From positions 61,010,001-61,074,000 of the forward strand of contig NC_086097.1 in NCBI RefSeq assembly GCF_963921235.1: a stretch of DNA of 64,000 bases, read 5' to 3'. Under the pieces are notes generated by a model, which saw only the letters and a list, made by a program, of their open reading frames with translations, searched no databases and was not told the DNA's origin. The stretch's first letter is position 1, and the number at the start of each line of letters is the position of its first letter. This stretch comes from Mobula hypostoma. Lineage: Eukaryota. Below, one piece after another: positions 62,605 to 64,000 of this stretch. Made by a program: the position numbers and the translations under genes.

Positions 62605-63089
62605 TTCCAAGGAACTTGAAATTGATCACCATTTCCATTGCTGATCCCTCAGTGAAGATTGGTGTGTGTCCCTTTGAATTCCCTTCCTAAAGTTCACAAT
62701 CAATTTCTTGGTCTTACTGACATAGAGTGCATGGTTGTTGTTCTGACACTACACAACCAGCTGATCTATATCCCTCCTGTAAGCCTCCTCGTCACCACCT
62801 GAAATTCTGCCAACAACAACTGTGTCATCAGCAATTTCATTCATGTAGCTTGAGGTTTGCATGGCCACACAGTCGTGGATGTAGAGAGAGTAGAACAGTG
62901 GGCTAAACACACTTCCTTCAGGTGTGTCAATGTTGATTGCCAGTGAGGAGGAGATGTTATTTCCAATCTGCACAGATTGTGGTCTCCTGATGAGTAAATC
63001 AAGGATGCAGTTGCAGAGGAAGGTACAGAGGCCCAGCTTTTGGAGCTTGTTGATTAATACTTGTAGGGCTCTCAGTATACTAGGTGGAC

Positions 63090-63437
63090 TGTTAACAGTT
63101 AATCGCTTATTACCAAAATGGCTTCTCTGAAGTGTTATATTAAAATGCTTTCTCGTAATGTTCACCGCTGAGCAAGGGGTTCTCTGTAACTGCAATGTTT
63201 GGGTTATACAGGGAGATAATGGAAATTGTATTCATTTGTTAGCCAATAGAAGTCATGTTCTGTTATCTTGTATACGTGTGCTGAGTTGAGGAGCGGGGGC
63301 TTTTTTGGGAGGTGAGCAGAGAGGACGGACGTGTGAGGAATGGACGGTGGTTCCCGGGTGGCGGACACCGGGCCTCAGGGGTTCGGATGGTGGACGGAGT
63401 CTGGGAAGGATGTTGTGGATGGAATCGGAGGTGTGAG
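63090..63437. mobile_element. Truncated LTR-like fragment inserted in Rex1
   Basis: Interrupts the Rex1 RT, starts TGTTAAC, contains a CCAAT box and a GC-rich segment; no matching CA end was seen. Confidence 0.45.
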
Positions 63438-63652
63438 CAGCCTGACATAGGTATTACTATTGTCCAGGTGATCCAAGGCTTAGTGAAGAGATAATAAGAT
63501 TGCATCTGCTGTAGACCTATTGTGGCAAAAGGCAAATTGCAGTGGGTCTAGGTATCTGCTTAGGCAGGAGTTGATTTTAGCCATGACCAAGATCTCAAAG
63601 TATTTTATCACTGTAGATGTGAGTGCCAATGGGAGATAGTCATTGAGACAGT

Positions 63653-64000
63653 TGTTACATACCCCGTAACTGGGTTGCCAAACCAGCAGAAATGGATCAC
63701 TCAGTTGGAGTCTGGATTACTGGAACTAAGAAAGTTTTATTAAAGAAACAAACAACACAGTACTCTAATCAAAAGGATAATGAATGCAACAGTTCAGCAA
63801 TGATAAACATACATGTACACAGAATTAAGATAACAGGATCAATCAAGCTCTATCGCTGTCTAGGGGTAAATGACCAGTTTCAAAGTGACGCAAAGTTCAG
63901 TTCAATTTAGTTCAGTTCAGTTCGCAGTAATCGCTGCCGTGGCGATGGACAGTGGGGGGAAGGAGAGAGAGAGCAAAACGAATGAATATTAAAGGCTTCC
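63653..64000 (-). mobile_element. LTR related to the 52110/56143 LTRs (3' end; runs off the window)
   Basis: tgttacataccccgtaactgggttgccaaaccagcagaaatggatcactcagttggagtctgga is the reverse complement of the young LTR 3' end; the left flank is Rex1, not a PBS. Confidence 0.92.

Larger units (their letters stand above)
61880..63652 (-). mobile_element. Rex1/Babar-type LINE fragment with nested insertions
   Basis: LINKLQKLGLCTFLCNCILDLLIRRPQSVQIGNNISS..SPLFYSLY..IADDTVVVGRISGGDEEAYR; tail cagaatcaggatcaggt at ~61885. Confidence 0.85.

Overview
Eukaryotic, repeat-dense, apparently intronic or intergenic DNA. The repeat content (CR1 LINEs with (CTATGTTT)n-type tails, Rex1/Babar LINEs, V-SINE-like fragments, abundant Penelope-like termini) points to a vertebrate, most likely a cartilaginous fish; this is inference. 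No host protein-coding gene could be supported. The main contents are three Gmr1-type Gypsy LTR retrotransposons (integrase before RT, SCAN-like Gag) of very different ages: decayed (~13950-19508), full-length but disrupted (32101-38767), and very young (52110-56997, LTRs about 99.4% identical). The young element keeps one intact 968-aa ORF in which Gag and protease are fused in frame to a collapsed Pol lacking the integrase core, the RT YxDD motif and most of RNase H. The window also holds several solo LTRs, one carrying a 12x33-bp minisatellite. Penelope-like (GIY-YIG) insertions show inverted pLTRs, 13-bp TSDs and minimal hammerhead ribozyme cores, including a perfect palindrome with 91-bp arms. 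There are also an inverted Nimb/I-type LINE pair, an RTE LINE and many nested CR1/Rex1 fragments. Boundaries of old fragments are approximate; TSD-defined boundaries are exact.
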